From: Hyphomicrobiales bacterium
GTDB lineage: Bacteria; Pseudomonadota; Alphaproteobacteria; Rhizobiales; Beijerinckiaceae
Reading direction: 5' to 3'
Assembly (NCBI GenBank): GCA_031431475.1
Contig: JANPDL010000008.1
Span: 17,037 to 81,036, forward strand
DNA length: 64,000 nucleotides
Position numbers and translations under genes: made by a program. Below the pieces are notes generated by a model. The model did no database searches. It saw nothing but the letters and a program-made list of their open reading frames with translations, and was not told the origin of the DNA. Positions 16,867 through 27,145 of this stretch are shown here, piece after piece. Each line of letters begins with the position of its first letter. The stretch's first letter is position 1.

Positions 16867-19656
16867 TTGAACCTGCGTACCAAACCACCAGAGAGACGCA
16901 CCAGTGCCGATGGCCGGACACCAGTCGAGACGGCACTGGCCGCGCTGGACCAGCAGCTTTCGACCGATGACATCAAGAAACAGGCGAGCAAGCTCTGCAA
17001 GACCTATCTGCTGGAGGAGCGGATTCTGGCCCAGACAGCGCTGGAAGCGGGCGGAGGGGGCTTCGCCTGCGCTGAATCGCTATCTCTGGCGCAAGATGCC
17101 GTCATTCGCGCTCTTTACGATCTGGCCGTCAACAAGCTATATCCCGCTGAAAACAGATCCTCTGGCGAGCGCCTCGCGATCTGCGCCACTGGCGGCTACG
17201 GTCGCAGCACCATGGCGCCCGGCTCGGATGTGGATGTGCTGTTTCTCTTCCCGTCCAAGCAGACAGCGTGGAACGAGAGCATCGCGGAAACCCTGTTGTA
17301 TTTTCTCTGGGATCTCGGCCTCAAGGTGGGCCATGCCACACGCTCGGTCGATGAATGTATTCGTGAGGCCGCGAAAGACCTGACGATTCGCACCTCCCTG
17401 CTGGAATCACGCATCATCGCGGGCGATATCGGGCTGTATCAGGAACTGGTCAGTCGCTTCGACCGCGACATCGTCAAGGGCTCTGGTGCCGAATTCGCCC
17501 ATGCCAAGCTCGAAGAGCGGGATATTCGCCTCAAGAAACAAGGGACATCGCGTTATCTCGTCGAGCCCAATGTCAAAGAAGGCAAAGGCGGACTGCGGGA
17601 CCTGAACACGCTGTTCTGGATCGCGAAATATGTCTACCGCGTGCAGGAGCCGTCCGAGCTTGTAGAGCAGGGTGTTTTCACCCCGGCGGAAGCTGCACTT
17701 TTCAGGCGCTGCGAGGATTTTCTCTGGCGTGTGCGCTGCATGATGCATTTCATTGCGGGCCGCGCCGAGGAGCGCCTGTCCTTCGACATGCAACGGCAGG
17801 TGACGGCCAGATTCCATTACCGTGCGCATGGCGGGCTTTCGGCGGTCGAACGCTTCATGAAGCACTATTTCATGGTGGCGAAGGACGTGGGCGACCTGAC
17901 CGCCATCGTCTGTGCCGCGCTGGAGGCCCGGGAGCAAAAACCCCGCGCCATGCTTGACCGTGTGCTGGGTACTTTCAGGCGGCGTCGCCGGGCGCTGTCA
18001 GGCACGTTGGATTTTCTCATCGATCACGACCGCATCACGGTGGCGAGCGACGACGTGTTTTCCAAGGACCCGGTCAACCTTCTGCGCCTGTTCTGGTTTG
18101 CGGCGCAAAACCAGCTGGAATTGCATCCCGATGCCAAGCGTCTGGTGACATTGTCGCTGCGCTACATTGATGCGAAACTGCGCCACAACCCGGAAGCCAA
18201 CCGGCTATTTCTGGAAATCCTGACCTCACGCAGCGTGACAGAGCTTGTCTTGCGCCGCATGCATGAAACCGGCGTTCTTGGCCGTTTCATCCCGGATTTC
18301 GGTCGCATTCAGGCAATGATGCAATTCTCGTCTTATCACCATTATACGGTTGATGAGCACACCTTGCGCGCTGTCGGTGTGCTGTCGGAAATCGATGCCG
18401 GGCGGTTGAAGGACGAGCATCCCGTCGCCAATGAGATTTTCCCCAAGCTGCAAAACCGCCGGGCGCTCTATGTCGCGCTGTTCCTGCACGATATCGGCAA
18501 GGGTCGCAACGAAGAGCACAGTGTCGTTGGTGCCCGGATCGCACAGGAACTCTGCCCGCGCCTTGGGCTGACCGAGGCCGAAACCGAGACCGTGAGCTGG
18601 CTGATTGAGAATCACCTCCTGATGTCGAACGTGGCGCAGCATCGCGATATCTTCGACCCGAAGACGATCGAGAGCTTTACAGGCACTGTCCAATCACTGG
18701 AGCGGCTGAAGCTGCTGCTGGTGCTCACGGTCTGCGATATCAAGGCGGTGGGACCGGGCGTGTGGAACGGCTGGAAGGGCCAGCTTCTGCGCTCGCTCTA
18801 CTGGGAGGCCGAGGTGATCCTCGCGGGCGGGCATTCAGCGCTCAACCGCAAGGAGCGGGTTTTCGCCGCGCAGGCCGAGCTGCGGGACATGCTGCCGAAA
18901 CTGTCCGATGCCGATTTTCTGGCCTATGCCCAGCGCCATTTCCCGGCCTACTGGTTAAAGGTCGATCCGGGACGCAAGCTCAAGCACGCGGAGCTGTTGT
19001 TCAAAGCCGCGCAATCCGGCGAGATGCTGCTGACCGACACCGAGACCAATGCCTTCCGCGGCGTCACGGAACTCACGGTACTGGCGATAGATCATCCCCG
19101 TTTGCTGGCCATTGTCACCGGGGCCTGTGCGGCGGCGGGTGCCAATATTGTCGAGGCCCAGATATTCACCACAACCGATGGCCTGGCGCTCGATACGATC
19201 TTCATCTCCCGCGCCTTCACCGAAGACAGCGATGAACTCAGGCGCGCCGAGCGCGTGGCGCGTCATATCGTGCAGACGCTTAAGGGCGAGATCCGCCTGC
19301 CCGACGAGATTGCGCTTCGTGAGGCGTCGCGCGACAAGATGCTGGCGTTCAGCATTGCGCCCGATGTCGTGATCGACAATTCCCTTTCGGACAAGAACAC
19401 GGTGATCGAGGTCACCGGGCTCGACCGGCCTGGCCTGCTCTATGATCTGACGACTGTGATCGGAAAACTGAATCTCAATATCAATTCCGCCCGCATCGTC
19501 ACCTTCGGCGAAAAGGCTGTGGACGTTTTCTACGTGACGGACCTGACAGGCGGAAAGTTGATCCAACCGCAGCGTCAGCAAGTGTTGAAGCAGGATCTGC
19601 TCTCGGTGTTTGTGAATACCGATTCTGACAGCACTCAAACCGCTGCAAAGGCTTGA
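16867..19656 (+). CDS. glnD: [protein-PII] uridylyltransferase/uridylyl-removing enzyme
   Basis: Nucleotidyltransferase motif [21 protein letters not shown] domain LFLHDIGKG, and two C-terminal ACT-like segments. 929 aa. The start as given is TTG at 16867 and is uncertain. Confidence 0.9.
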   Translation: MNLRTKPPERRTSADGRTPVETALAALDQQLSTDDIKKQASKLCKTYLLEERILAQTALEAGGGGFACAESLSLAQDAVIRALYDLAVNKLYPAENRSSGERLAICATGGYGRSTMAPGSDVDVLFLFPSKQTAWNESIAETLLYFLWDLGLKVGHATRSVDECIREAAKDLTIRTSLLESRIIAGDIGLYQELVSRFDRDIVKGSGAEFAHAKLEERDIRLKKQGTSRYLVEPNVKEGKGGLRDLNTLFWIAKYVYRVQEPSELVEQGVFTPAEAALFRRCEDFLWRVRCMMHFIAGRAEERLSFDMQRQVTARFHYRAHGGLSAVERFMKHYFMVAKDVGDLTAIVCAALEAREQKPRAMLDRVLGTFRRRRRALSGTLDFLIDHDRITVASDDVFSKDPVNLLRLFWFAAQNQLELHPDAKRLVTLSLRYIDAKLRHNPEANRLFLEILTSRSVTELVLRRMHETGVLGRFIPDFGRIQAMMQFSSYHHYTVDEHTLRAVGVLSEIDAGRLKDEHPVANEIFPKLQNRRALYVALFLHDIGKGRNEEHSVVGARIAQELCPRLGLTEAETETVSWLIENHLLMSNVAQHRDIFDPKTIESFTGTVQSLERLKLLLVLTVCDIKAVGPGVWNGWKGQLLRSLYWEAEVILAGGHSALNRKERVFAAQAELRDMLPKLSDADFLAYAQRHFPAYWLKVDPGRKLKHAELLFKAAQSGEMLLTDTETNAFRGVTELTVLAIDHPRLLAIVTGACAAAGANIVEAQIFTTTDGLALDTIFISRAFTEDSDELRRAERVARHIVQTLKGEIRLPDEIALREASRDKMLAFSIAPDVVIDNSLSDKNTVIEVTGLDRPGLLYDLTTVIGKLNLNINSARIVTFGEKAVDVFYVTDLTGGKLIQPQRQQVLKQDLLSVFVNTDSDSTQTAAKA

Positions 19657-19720
19657 TTTTTGCCTCCTTCGCCCTGATATCCGGCTCACGCATGATTTCA
19701 ACCGCATCGGATATCCGAAA

Positions 19721-20323
19721 ATGACTAACCCGACGAACGGCAAGGCCCCCGAGAGTACACCGAATCCGGACATCGAAACGCCCGTTACACCCGAGGCCGA
19801 AGCCGCACCGGTTGATCCGGTCGCGGTGCTTGAAGCCGAGAAATTTGAGCTGAAGGACAAGCTCCTGCGTGCACTGGCCGAGATGGAAAACCTCCGTCGT
19901 CGCACCGAGAAAGATCTTGCCGACGCACGTACCTATGGCGTGACGCGCTTTGCCCGCGACATGCTGGATGTGGGCGACAACCTCCGCCGCGCGCTGGAAA
20001 GCGTGCCCGAAGAAGCCCGTGAAAGCGCTGATGGTGTCTTCAAAGGCCTGCTGGAAGGCATGGACCTGACGGAGCGCGATTTCCTGAAGAAAATGGAAAG
20101 CCACGGCGTCCGCAAGATCGTGCCGGAGGGCCAGAAGTTCGATCCCAACCTGCATCAGGCCATGTTCGAGATTCCGGATGAGATCAAGCCTAACGGCACG
20201 GTGGTGAATGTCGTTCAGGCCGGCTACGTCATCGGCGATCGCGTGCTGCGCCCTGCCATGGTTGGCGTGTCCAAGGGCGGGCCGAGGGTTGTTCCGGGCG
20301 AGACGGTGAACAAGTCCGCCTGA
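19721..20323 (+). CDS. grpE: nucleotide exchange factor GrpE
   Basis: [22 protein letters not shown] coiled coil and C-terminal beta domain [26 protein letters not shown]. Confidence 0.95.
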   Translation: MTNPTNGKAPESTPNPDIETPVTPEAEAAPVDPVAVLEAEKFELKDKLLRALAEMENLRRRTEKDLADARTYGVTRFARDMLDVGDNLRRALESVPEEARESADGVFKGLLEGMDLTERDFLKKMESHGVRKIVPEGQKFDPNLHQAMFEIPDEIKPNGTVVNVVQAGYVIGDRVLRPAMVGVSKGGPRVVPGETVNKSA

Positions 20324-20330
20324 ACCAAGC

Positions 20331-20897
20331 CTAACGGGTCACGGAGTAAACCAGCAGCTTCTTGTGCTTGCTTGTCCGGGTAAACAGGCCTTCCCTCGCC
20401 AGTTTCGTGACGATGGGCTTGGTCCGGCCCCAGCCGTCCGAGCCCTCGTAGAACACGATGCGGCCATTCTTCTTCATCTGCCGGATGACCTTGCGCAGCA
20501 CCTCTTCGTCGGTCACGCCGCCGTAGCTTGCGGTCTTCTCGCTCCAGAACTCGCCGAGATGGAACATTGTCGCGATATCGAATTTTGGCAGCAGCTTGCC
20601 GTTGAAGAGATAGATATCGCCGAAATGCATGGTGTAGTTGCGCGAGAGCCGGGGCTCCTCGATCGCCATCTTTGTGAACGCTTCGGTCTCGCCCGGTGAG
20701 GCCGTAACGCCGATGAAATAATTGGGCTCGCCCATCTTCAGGTTCTCGACGCCAACGAGGTGATGGCTGCCGGTGCCGAAGTGGTAGATCACCTTGCCCT
20801 TGACCTGATCCGCCTTGATCCATTCCATGAAATGGAGATCGCAGGGGCACAGATCGAGGTTCAGGTCCCAGCTGGCGTCCCAGAAATGCATGGCCAT
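20331..20897 (-). CDS. hypothetical protein with degenerate Rossmann/methyltransferase-like layout
   Basis: 188-aa ORF with good coding look. GKVIYHFGTGSHH, FDIATMFHL and KKNGRIVFY resemble class I methyltransferase motifs I, II and III but are non-canonical. I recognise no family. Confidence 0.55.
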   Translation of the reverse strand: MAMHFWDASWDLNLDLCPCDLHFMEWIKADQVKGKVIYHFGTGSHHLVGVENLKMGEPNYFIGVTASPGETEAFTKMAIEEPRLSRNYTMHFGDIYLFNGKLLPKFDIATMFHLGEFWSEKTASYGGVTDEEVLRKVIRQMKKNGRIVFYEGSDGWGRTKPIVTKLAREGLFTRTSKHKKLLVYSVTR

Positions 20898-20968
20898 GGA
20901 TGGTGTCTCCTATGTGTTCTCGCTTTTCTAGGCCGATAAACCTGACCGTGCGTTGAACGAAATCACGT

Positions 20969-22150
20969 TTAGTTATGCGCCCGCTTCAGCGCCTGATCCA
21001 GATCGGTGAACAGATCATCCGCACTCTCGATGCCTGCCGATAGGCGCAACAGATCAACTGGACACGGCGATCCCGCGCCTTCGATTGAAGCCCGGTGCTC
21101 GATCAGGCTCTCCACCCCGCCCAGCGATGTTGCACGCTTCCACAGCTGCACCTCTTTCGCGGTGCGCACCGCACCAGCCTCGCCCCCTGTCACACGGATC
21201 GACAGCATGCCGCCGAAGCCGCCGCTCATCTGCCTCTTTGCGATAGCATGGCCTGCATCGGTGGCTAAACCGGGGTAGAGTACAGCGGTCACATGCGGAT
21301 GCTTTGAAAATTTTTCCGCCAGTTCCATCGCATTGTTGCAGGCCGCCCGCACGCGCAGATCAAGCGTGCGCATGCCACGGATCAGCAGGAAAGCCTCGAA
21401 CGGTCCGAGAATCGCACCCACGTTCTTGCGCACCATCTTGATGCGGTCCCAGTAGGCATCCGGCTGGCGGCAGGCCAGAGCTCCGGCCAGCACATCGGAA
21501 TGGCCGTTGAGATACTTCGTGGCAGCGTGCATCACGATATCCGCTCCCAGTGCCAGCGGCTGAGACAGGATTGGTGTGGCGCAGGTGGAGTCAACGGCTA
21601 GCCGAGCACCCGCCGCATGGGCGATTTCGGCGACCGCAGCGATATCTGTGACGCACCAGAGCGGATTGGCGGGCGTCTCGGCCCAGATCAGTTTTGTTTT
21701 TGGCGTAACGGCGGCCCTGGTGGCTTTCAGATCCGTCATGTCGACGAAGCTGACGACGAGACCCCAGTGCCTGCCCTCGGTCAGCAGCCAGTTGCGCAAG
21801 GCCCAGTACATGACATTGGGTGCGATGATATGATCGCCCGGTGCCAGCGCCAGAAAACAGGCGATAGCTGATGCCATGCCCGAGCCGAAGACCAGCGCCT
21901 CGGGCGCGCCTTCCAGCATGGCGATGATATGTTCCGCCTCGCGGATCGTGGCATTGTCCGGACGGCCATAGATGTTGCCAGTGCGGTACTGGTTGTCATC
22001 GTCGCGGATGAACGTCGTGGTGATGTGAATGGGCGGCACGATACCCATCGTGCCTGCATCGATCTTGCCCATGGCCTGTGCGGCGAGGGTGCGTTTGGTC
22101 CAGTTCGGCTTTGTCATGCCGGAGGGTATGTCACGCCCGGCACTCGTCAA
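20969..22150 (-). CDS. PLP-dependent Cys/Met-metabolism enzyme (cystathionine beta-lyase/gamma-synthase family)
   Basis: PLP-lysine motif HAATKYLNGHSDV. 393 aa. An alternative start is ATG 22117 (MTKPNW), which would remove the 20-nt overlap with the upstream gene. Confidence 0.8.
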   Translation of the reverse strand: MTSAGRDIPSGMTKPNWTKRTLAAQAMGKIDAGTMGIVPPIHITTTFIRDDDNQYRTGNIYGRPDNATIREAEHIIAMLEGAPEALVFGSGMASAIACFLALAPGDHIIAPNVMYWALRNWLLTEGRHWGLVVSFVDMTDLKATRAAVTPKTKLIWAETPANPLWCVTDIAAVAEIAHAAGARLAVDSTCATPILSQPLALGADIVMHAATKYLNGHSDVLAGALACRQPDAYWDRIKMVRKNVGAILGPFEAFLLIRGMRTLDLRVRAACNNAMELAEKFSKHPHVTAVLYPGLATDAGHAIAKRQMSGGFGGMLSIRVTGGEAGAVRTAKEVQLWKRATSLGGVESLIEHRASIEGAGSPCPVDLLRLSAGIESADDLFTDLDQALKRAHN

Positions 22151-23294
22151 TCAAGCGCCGGATGAAGCTGTTGCACTTGTCGAGGTCCGACACGAGAATC
22201 CACTCGTCCGGCTTGTGCGCCTGATCGATATCGCCTGGGCCGACGACGACGGAAGGGATGCCCGCCATGTTCTGGAACAGGCTGGCTTCCGTGCCATAGG
22301 CCACTTTCGCATGGTCGTTGCGCCCGGCAAGCCTCTTGGCCATGGTCACCGCCATATGATCCGGCGCGGTTTCAAGCGCGGGCAGGTTGGGCCTCAATTC
22401 GAAGCTGAAGCCCGCCGTCGGCTCGATGCGCTTCATGCGTGGTGTCAGTTCCTCATGGGCGTACCGCACGATTTCATTGATGTAGGTCATCGGATCATCC
22501 GCGCTGATATTGCGGCATTCAAACGAGATTTCTGCGTGATGCGGAACGATGTTGGGCGAGGTGCCGCCGGTGAACAGTCCGGTGTGCATGGTCGAATGCG
22601 GCACGTCATAGAGCGCATCGCGCTTGCCGCTGGCTTCCTGCGCCTCGGCCATGTCCTTGATCCTTGCCACAAGACGCGCGCCATACTCCACCGCATTGAC
22701 ACCGTGCGGGGCAAGCGAAGAATGGGCTGCTTTGCCCGAAACCGTGCAGATCACGCGCTGTCCGCCCTTGTGACCGATGATGACCTGCATCGAGGAAGGT
22801 TCTCCGATGAACGCAGCGACGGGCTTCGGCTCACGCGGAGCCAGATGCACCAGCATGTCGCGCACGCCGGTGCAGCCGACTTCCTCGTCATAACTGTATG
22901 CCAGATGGATCGGTGTCTTGAGATTGGCCTTCACCATGGCGGGGACCATGGCCAATGTGCAGGCCAGAAAGCCCTTCATGTCGCAGGCTCCGCGACCGTA
23001 AGCCTTGCCGTCCTGCACCGTGAGCTTGAAGGGGTCGGTGCTCCAGTTCTGACCGTCCACCGGGACAACATCGGTATGGGCCGACAGCACATAGCCCGGC
23101 ACATCCTTCGGCCCGATGATGGCATAGAGGTTATGCTTGTCACCCTCGGCATTCACGAACACCTCCGTCGCGACGCCGTGTTTTGAAAGATATGCCACGA
23201 TCCAGTCCGCGCAGGGGATGTTGCTGTTGCGGCTGGTGGTGTCGAAGGCAACGAGCCTTTTGAGGATATCGAGGGTCGTGGCGAGATCGGTCAT
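22131..23294 (-). CDS. ArgE-type M20 deacylase (acetylornithine deacetylase family)
   Basis: LKRLVAFDTTSRNSN, SAHTDVVPV, GRGACDMKG. 387 aa. Its start lies 6 nt after the LysR stop. Confidence 0.8.
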   Translation of the reverse strand: MTDLATTLDILKRLVAFDTTSRNSNIPCADWIVAYLSKHGVATEVFVNAEGDKHNLYAIIGPKDVPGYVLSAHTDVVPVDGQNWSTDPFKLTVQDGKAYGRGACDMKGFLACTLAMVPAMVKANLKTPIHLAYSYDEEVGCTGVRDMLVHLAPREPKPVAAFIGEPSSMQVIIGHKGGQRVICTVSGKAAHSSLAPHGVNAVEYGARLVARIKDMAEAQEASGKRDALYDVPHSTMHTGLFTGGTSPNIVPHHAEISFECRNISADDPMTYINEIVRYAHEELTPRMKRIEPTAGFSFELRPNLPALETAPDHMAVTMAKRLAGRNDHAKVAYGTEASLFQNMAGIPSVVVGPGDIDQAHKPDEWILVSDLDKCNSFIRRLIDECRA

Positions 23295-23300
23295 GGTGCC

Positions 23301-24233
23301 TCAGCGGATGGGGAAAGAGTAGCCGTCTTCGGTCTGGTTCAGACGGACGAAATCAATAAAGCGGCGTGCGGCGCGAGTAGCCGGGGCTGCCGTCGAGAGC
23401 ACGAAGGACGTCTCGAACGGCACCTTGGGCGTGAAAGGCCGCATCACGACATCGGTATCGCCCCTGAAGGCAACCGGAAACGGATTGATCAGCGTGATGC
23501 CCGTGCCGCGCCGGACAAGTTCATAGGCAATCGCCGATGTTGCGGCCTCGATCACGATACGGGGCTCGGACCCTGCATCCTGAAAAATGCGTTCGTGAAT
23601 GCTGCGCACCGATATGCGCCGGGACAAAGCGATGAACGGTTGAAGATGCAGATCCGTCGGGATGATTTCCTGCTTTGCCGCCAGCGGATGATTCGCCGCC
23701 ATGACGGCATGGGAGGTCGAGCGCCGGAATGGTTCGAAGAAAACGCTGGGGTGATGAGGCTGTGAATCTGTTATGCCGATGTCGAAATTGCCATCAGCCA
23801 TCTTGGCGATGATATCGGCTGTAATTCCGATTTCGAGATGCAGTCTCGTTCCCGGTTCAGCCCGGTTGAAATCAGCGACCATCTGCGGAAGGAAGCGGTG
23901 CGCAATGGTGGGCGGTGCAATCAGACGGATGGTTTCGCCATCGGCCAGTGCGCCCGGCATTTGACCCAGCCGGTCCAGTGCCTGAAAAACCGGCTGGCTG
24001 TCGTGATAGAGCTGGATGCCGTCCTGTGTGGCAACCAGCCGACCGCCCTCGCGGCGAAACAGGATCTTGCCAAGCCGGTGCTCAAGGTCCTGTATGGCCC
24101 GTGAGATGGCAGGTTGGGAAACGCCGAGCTTGTGCGCTGCCGAGGTGGTTTTGCGGGCCTCGACCAGCGCATGCAGCGCCTCGAGTTCCCGGAAGCTGGG
24201 TCGTCGATCACGCAGTTCGTGTCCGTTGCGCAT
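23301..24233 (-). CDS. LysR family transcriptional regulator
   Basis: FRELEALHALVEARKTTSAAHKLGVSQPAISRAIQDLEHRLGKILFRR. 310 aa. Divergent from the ABC importer. Confidence 0.9.
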   Translation of the reverse strand: MRNGHELRDRRPSFRELEALHALVEARKTTSAAHKLGVSQPAISRAIQDLEHRLGKILFRREGGRLVATQDGIQLYHDSQPVFQALDRLGQMPGALADGETIRLIAPPTIAHRFLPQMVADFNRAEPGTRLHLEIGITADIIAKMADGNFDIGITDSQPHHPSVFFEPFRRSTSHAVMAANHPLAAKQEIIPTDLHLQPFIALSRRISVRSIHERIFQDAGSEPRIVIEAATSAIAYELVRRGTGITLINPFPVAFRGDTDVVMRPFTPKVPFETSFVLSTAAPATRAARRFIDFVRLNQTEDGYSFPIR

Positions 24234-24432
24234 ATTTCTATGTGTTTCAGTTATATAAATCTAACTTACAAATGCTATTTCCGCATATATGCTGTTGTCA
24301 ATGGGGTGCTGTTGACAAGACGCGACCTTCAAGCCGGATATCCTCTTGCATCCGGTGAAAGGGAGTGCAGAGTTGAAGGCATCGCGCCAGACGCTGCTTG
24401 GGACAGTGGCGGGTATTGAGGGGAGTTCAAAA

Positions 24433-26007
24433 ATGACGAAGACCAGATCGATTTTGGCCATTGCTGCGGGTCTGCTGTTTGCGCAGGCCGCAGTCGCGCA
24501 GGAGCTGCGCATCGGCATCTCAGCCGAGCCAAGCTCCGCCGACCCGCACTATCATAACCTCACGCCCAACAACATGTTGGCCCGGCAGGTGTATGAGCCG
24601 CTTGTCGGGCAGGACAAGAACCAGGCGCTCACGCCACTGCTGGCCGAAAGCTGGAAGGCGATTGACGACACGACATGGGAGTTCAAGCTTCGCAAGGGCG
24701 TGAAGTTTCACGACGGCTCAGAGTTCACGGCTGACGATGTGATCGCGACCTTCGAGCGTGCGCCCAACGTGCCAAGGAGCCCATCGTCCTTTGCGGCCTA
24801 TGTAAAGGGCAAGACACTGGAGAAGGTGGACAGCCACACGATCCGCATCAAGACGCCTATGCCTGCACCGCTGGTGCCGACAGACCTCTCCACCTTTGGC
24901 GTCATCCCCAAGGCCTGCAAGGACACGACGACCGAGGATTTCAACGCTGGAAAATGCGCAGCGGGCGGTACTGGTCCTTACAAATACACCGAATACAAGC
25001 CGGGCGACCGCGTCACGCTTTCACGCAATGACAGCTACTGGGGCCCGAAGTCTGTCTGGGAGAAGGCCACGTTCCGCTTCATGACCTCGGCACCCACCCG
25101 CGTGGCGGCTTTGCTCGCCGGCGACGTTGATCTGATCGAGAATGTGCCGACGGCGGATGTCGAGCGTCTCAAGGCCAACGCCAATCTCACTGTGGCCAGC
25201 ACTGCCTCGAACCGGGTGATCTATTTCCACATGGATCACTTCCGGGAGATATCGCCTTTCATCAAGGCGAAGGACGGCTCCGAGATCAAGAACCCGTTGC
25301 GCGACAAGCGCGTGCGGCAGGCTCTTTCCATGGCGATCAACCGCCCTGCCATCGTCGACCGCATCATGGAGAAGGAAGCGATTCCCGCCGGCCAGCTCCT
25401 GCCGGAACAGTTCTTCGGAACCTCGAAGAAGCTGAAGCCATTGGCCTTCAACCTCGATGGAGCCAAGAAGCTGCTGGCGGATGCCGGTTTCCCCAATGGT
25501 TTCAAGATCAAGATGCATGGCCCTAACGGGCGCTATCTCAATGACACCAAGATCATCGAGGCGGTTGCCCAGATGTGGACGCGTCTTGGTCTTGAGGTCG
25601 AGGTCGAGACCATTCCACCCGCCAACTTCTTCTCCCGCGCTTCGCAAGGCGCGCCGGGCAACCTGCCGGAGTTCTCCATGATCCTCGTGGGCTGGTCTGC
25701 GGGTACGGGCGAAAGCTCGGATTCACTGAAGGCACTGCTCGCCACATTCAACCGCGACAAGGGCATGGGCGCGACCAACCGCGGCCGCTATTCCAACCTG
25801 GCATTCGACACCAAGCTGGAAGAAGGCCTGCGCACCGTTGACGACAAGAAGCGTGATGCGCTGTTTGGCGAAGCCATGGAAATCGGTATGGAGGATGTGG
25901 GGCTTATCCCAACGCACTACCAGCTGAACACCTGGGCCATGCGCAAGGGCTTCACCTACGAGGCGCGCTCTGATGAGTACACGCTGGCGACCAGCGCGGC
26001 GAAGTAG
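24433..26007 (+). CDS. ABC transporter substrate-binding protein, family 5 (peptide/nickel/opine type)
   Basis: Start placed at MTKTRSILAIAAGLLFAQAAVAQ (signal peptide), within track ORF 24346..26007. Family-5 layout; about 524 aa. Confidence 0.85.
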   Translation: MTKTRSILAIAAGLLFAQAAVAQELRIGISAEPSSADPHYHNLTPNNMLARQVYEPLVGQDKNQALTPLLAESWKAIDDTTWEFKLRKGVKFHDGSEFTADDVIATFERAPNVPRSPSSFAAYVKGKTLEKVDSHTIRIKTPMPAPLVPTDLSTFGVIPKACKDTTTEDFNAGKCAAGGTGPYKYTEYKPGDRVTLSRNDSYWGPKSVWEKATFRFMTSAPTRVAALLAGDVDLIENVPTADVERLKANANLTVASTASNRVIYFHMDHFREISPFIKAKDGSEIKNPLRDKRVRQALSMAINRPAIVDRIMEKEAIPAGQLLPEQFFGTSKKLKPLAFNLDGAKKLLADAGFPNGFKIKMHGPNGRYLNDTKIIEAVAQMWTRLGLEVEVETIPPANFFSRASQGAPGNLPEFSMILVGWSAGTGESSDSLKALLATFNRDKGMGATNRGRYSNLAFDTKLEEGLRTVDDKKRDALFGEAMEIGMEDVGLIPTHYQLNTWAMRKGFTYEARSDEYTLATSAAK

Positions 26008-26020
26008 TGCTGTCGCCGTG

Positions 26021-26138
26021 CTTCTCCCTTGGGAGAAGCTGCCCGCCGGATGGCGGGCTGATGAGGGAGCAACCCCGACCTTTGTGGTTCTCCCTCATCC
26101 GTCATCCTCCGCATGACACCTTCTCCCAAGGGAGAAGG
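26021..26138. repeat. REP/RIME-like intergenic mosaic of five hairpins
   Basis: cttctccc-tt-gggagaag (26021-26038); gcccgcc-ggat-ggcgggc (26041-26058); gatgagggag/ctccctcatc (26060-26069 and 26090-26099); gtcat/atgac (26101-26117); ccttctccc-aa-gggagaagg (26119-26138). Confidence 0.75.
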
Positions 26139-26167
26139 ACTTTACCCGCGCCCTATCGAAGAAGCCC

Positions 26168-27145
26168 ATGACCGCATTCATCCTCCGAAGACTGGCGCAA
26201 TCCGCGGGTGTGATCCTCGCGATGATCGTCATTGTCTTTTTCGGCGTGAACGTCGTGGGTGATCCCACCTATATCCTCGTTTCCCCTGATATGACGCAGG
26301 ACCAGATCGAGGAAACCCGCCGTGGTCTCGGTCTGGACCGTCCTATCTATGAGCAGTTCTGGATTTTCCTGAAAGGCGCGCTTTCTGGCGACATGGGGCG
26401 CTCTTTCGTCCACGGCGAGCCTGCGATCCAGCTCATCCTCTCGCGCATGCCCGCCACACTGGAGCTTGCCTTCGTGGCACTGGTGTTGGCCGTCGTCATT
26501 GGTATCCCTCTTGGGCTTTATGCCGGATTGAAACCGGACTCCCGGCTGTCACGCGGCATCATGGCGGTGTCGATCCTCGGTTTCTCACTGCCCACCTTCT
26601 GGGTTGGCCTGATGATGATCCTTATCTTCGCCGTAGTGCTGGGCTGGCTGCCCGCCACGGGACGCGGCGAGACAGCGAGCCTGCTGGGCTGGCAAACCTC
26701 GCTGCTGACGCTGAATGGCTGGAGCCATATCCTTCTGCCAGCCCTCAATCTGGCGCTGCTCAAAATCAGCCTTGTGATCCGTTTGGCCCGCGCCGGAGCC
26801 CGCGAGGCCGCGTTGATGGATTATGTGAAATTCGCCCGCGCCAAAGGTCTTTCGCAAGGCCGCATCATTGGCGTGCATATCCTGAAGAATATCCTCATTC
26901 CCATCGTCACCGTGCTTGGCCTCGAGTTCGGCTCTCTCGTCGCGTTTTCGGTGGTGACGGAGACAATCTTCGCCTGGCCCGGCATGGGCAAGCTGCTGCT
27001 GGAGGCGATCCAGCGGCTGGATCGGCCGGTGATCGTCGCTTACGTGATCGTGGTTGTTGTACTCTTCGTCACCATCAATCTGCTGGTCGATATCCTCTAT
27101 TCGCTGCTCGATCCGCGCGTGCGGCTGTCGGAGGCCAAGGCATGA
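26168..27145 (+). CDS. ABC transporter permease (DppB/OppB type)
   Basis: 325 aa with six TM segments and a typical N-terminus MTAFILRRLAQSAGVILAMIVIVFF. Confidence 0.9.
   Translation: MTAFILRRLAQSAGVILAMIVIVFFGVNVVGDPTYILVSPDMTQDQIEETRRGLGLDRPIYEQFWIFLKGALSGDMGRSFVHGEPAIQLILSRMPATLELAFVALVLAVVIGIPLGLYAGLKPDSRLSRGIMAVSILGFSLPTFWVGLMMILIFAVVLGWLPATGRGETASLLGWQTSLLTLNGWSHILLPALNLALLKISLVIRLARAGAREAALMDYVKFARAKGLSQGRIIGVHILKNILIPIVTVLGLEFGSLVAFSVVTETIFAWPGMGKLLLEAIQRLDRPVIVAYVIVVVVLFVTINLLVDILYSLLDPRVRLSEAKA

Noticed and set aside
22029-23186. 385-aa plus-strand ORF opposite the ArgE-like gene
   Set aside because: Antisense shadow ORF without motifs. The minus frame has M20 metal-binding motifs.
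26021-26138. Possible CRISPR-like array, because of repeated palindromes
   Set aside because: The hairpins differ from one another, are contiguous rather than separated by uniform spacers, and no cas genes are present. They fit a REP/RIME-type intergenic element.
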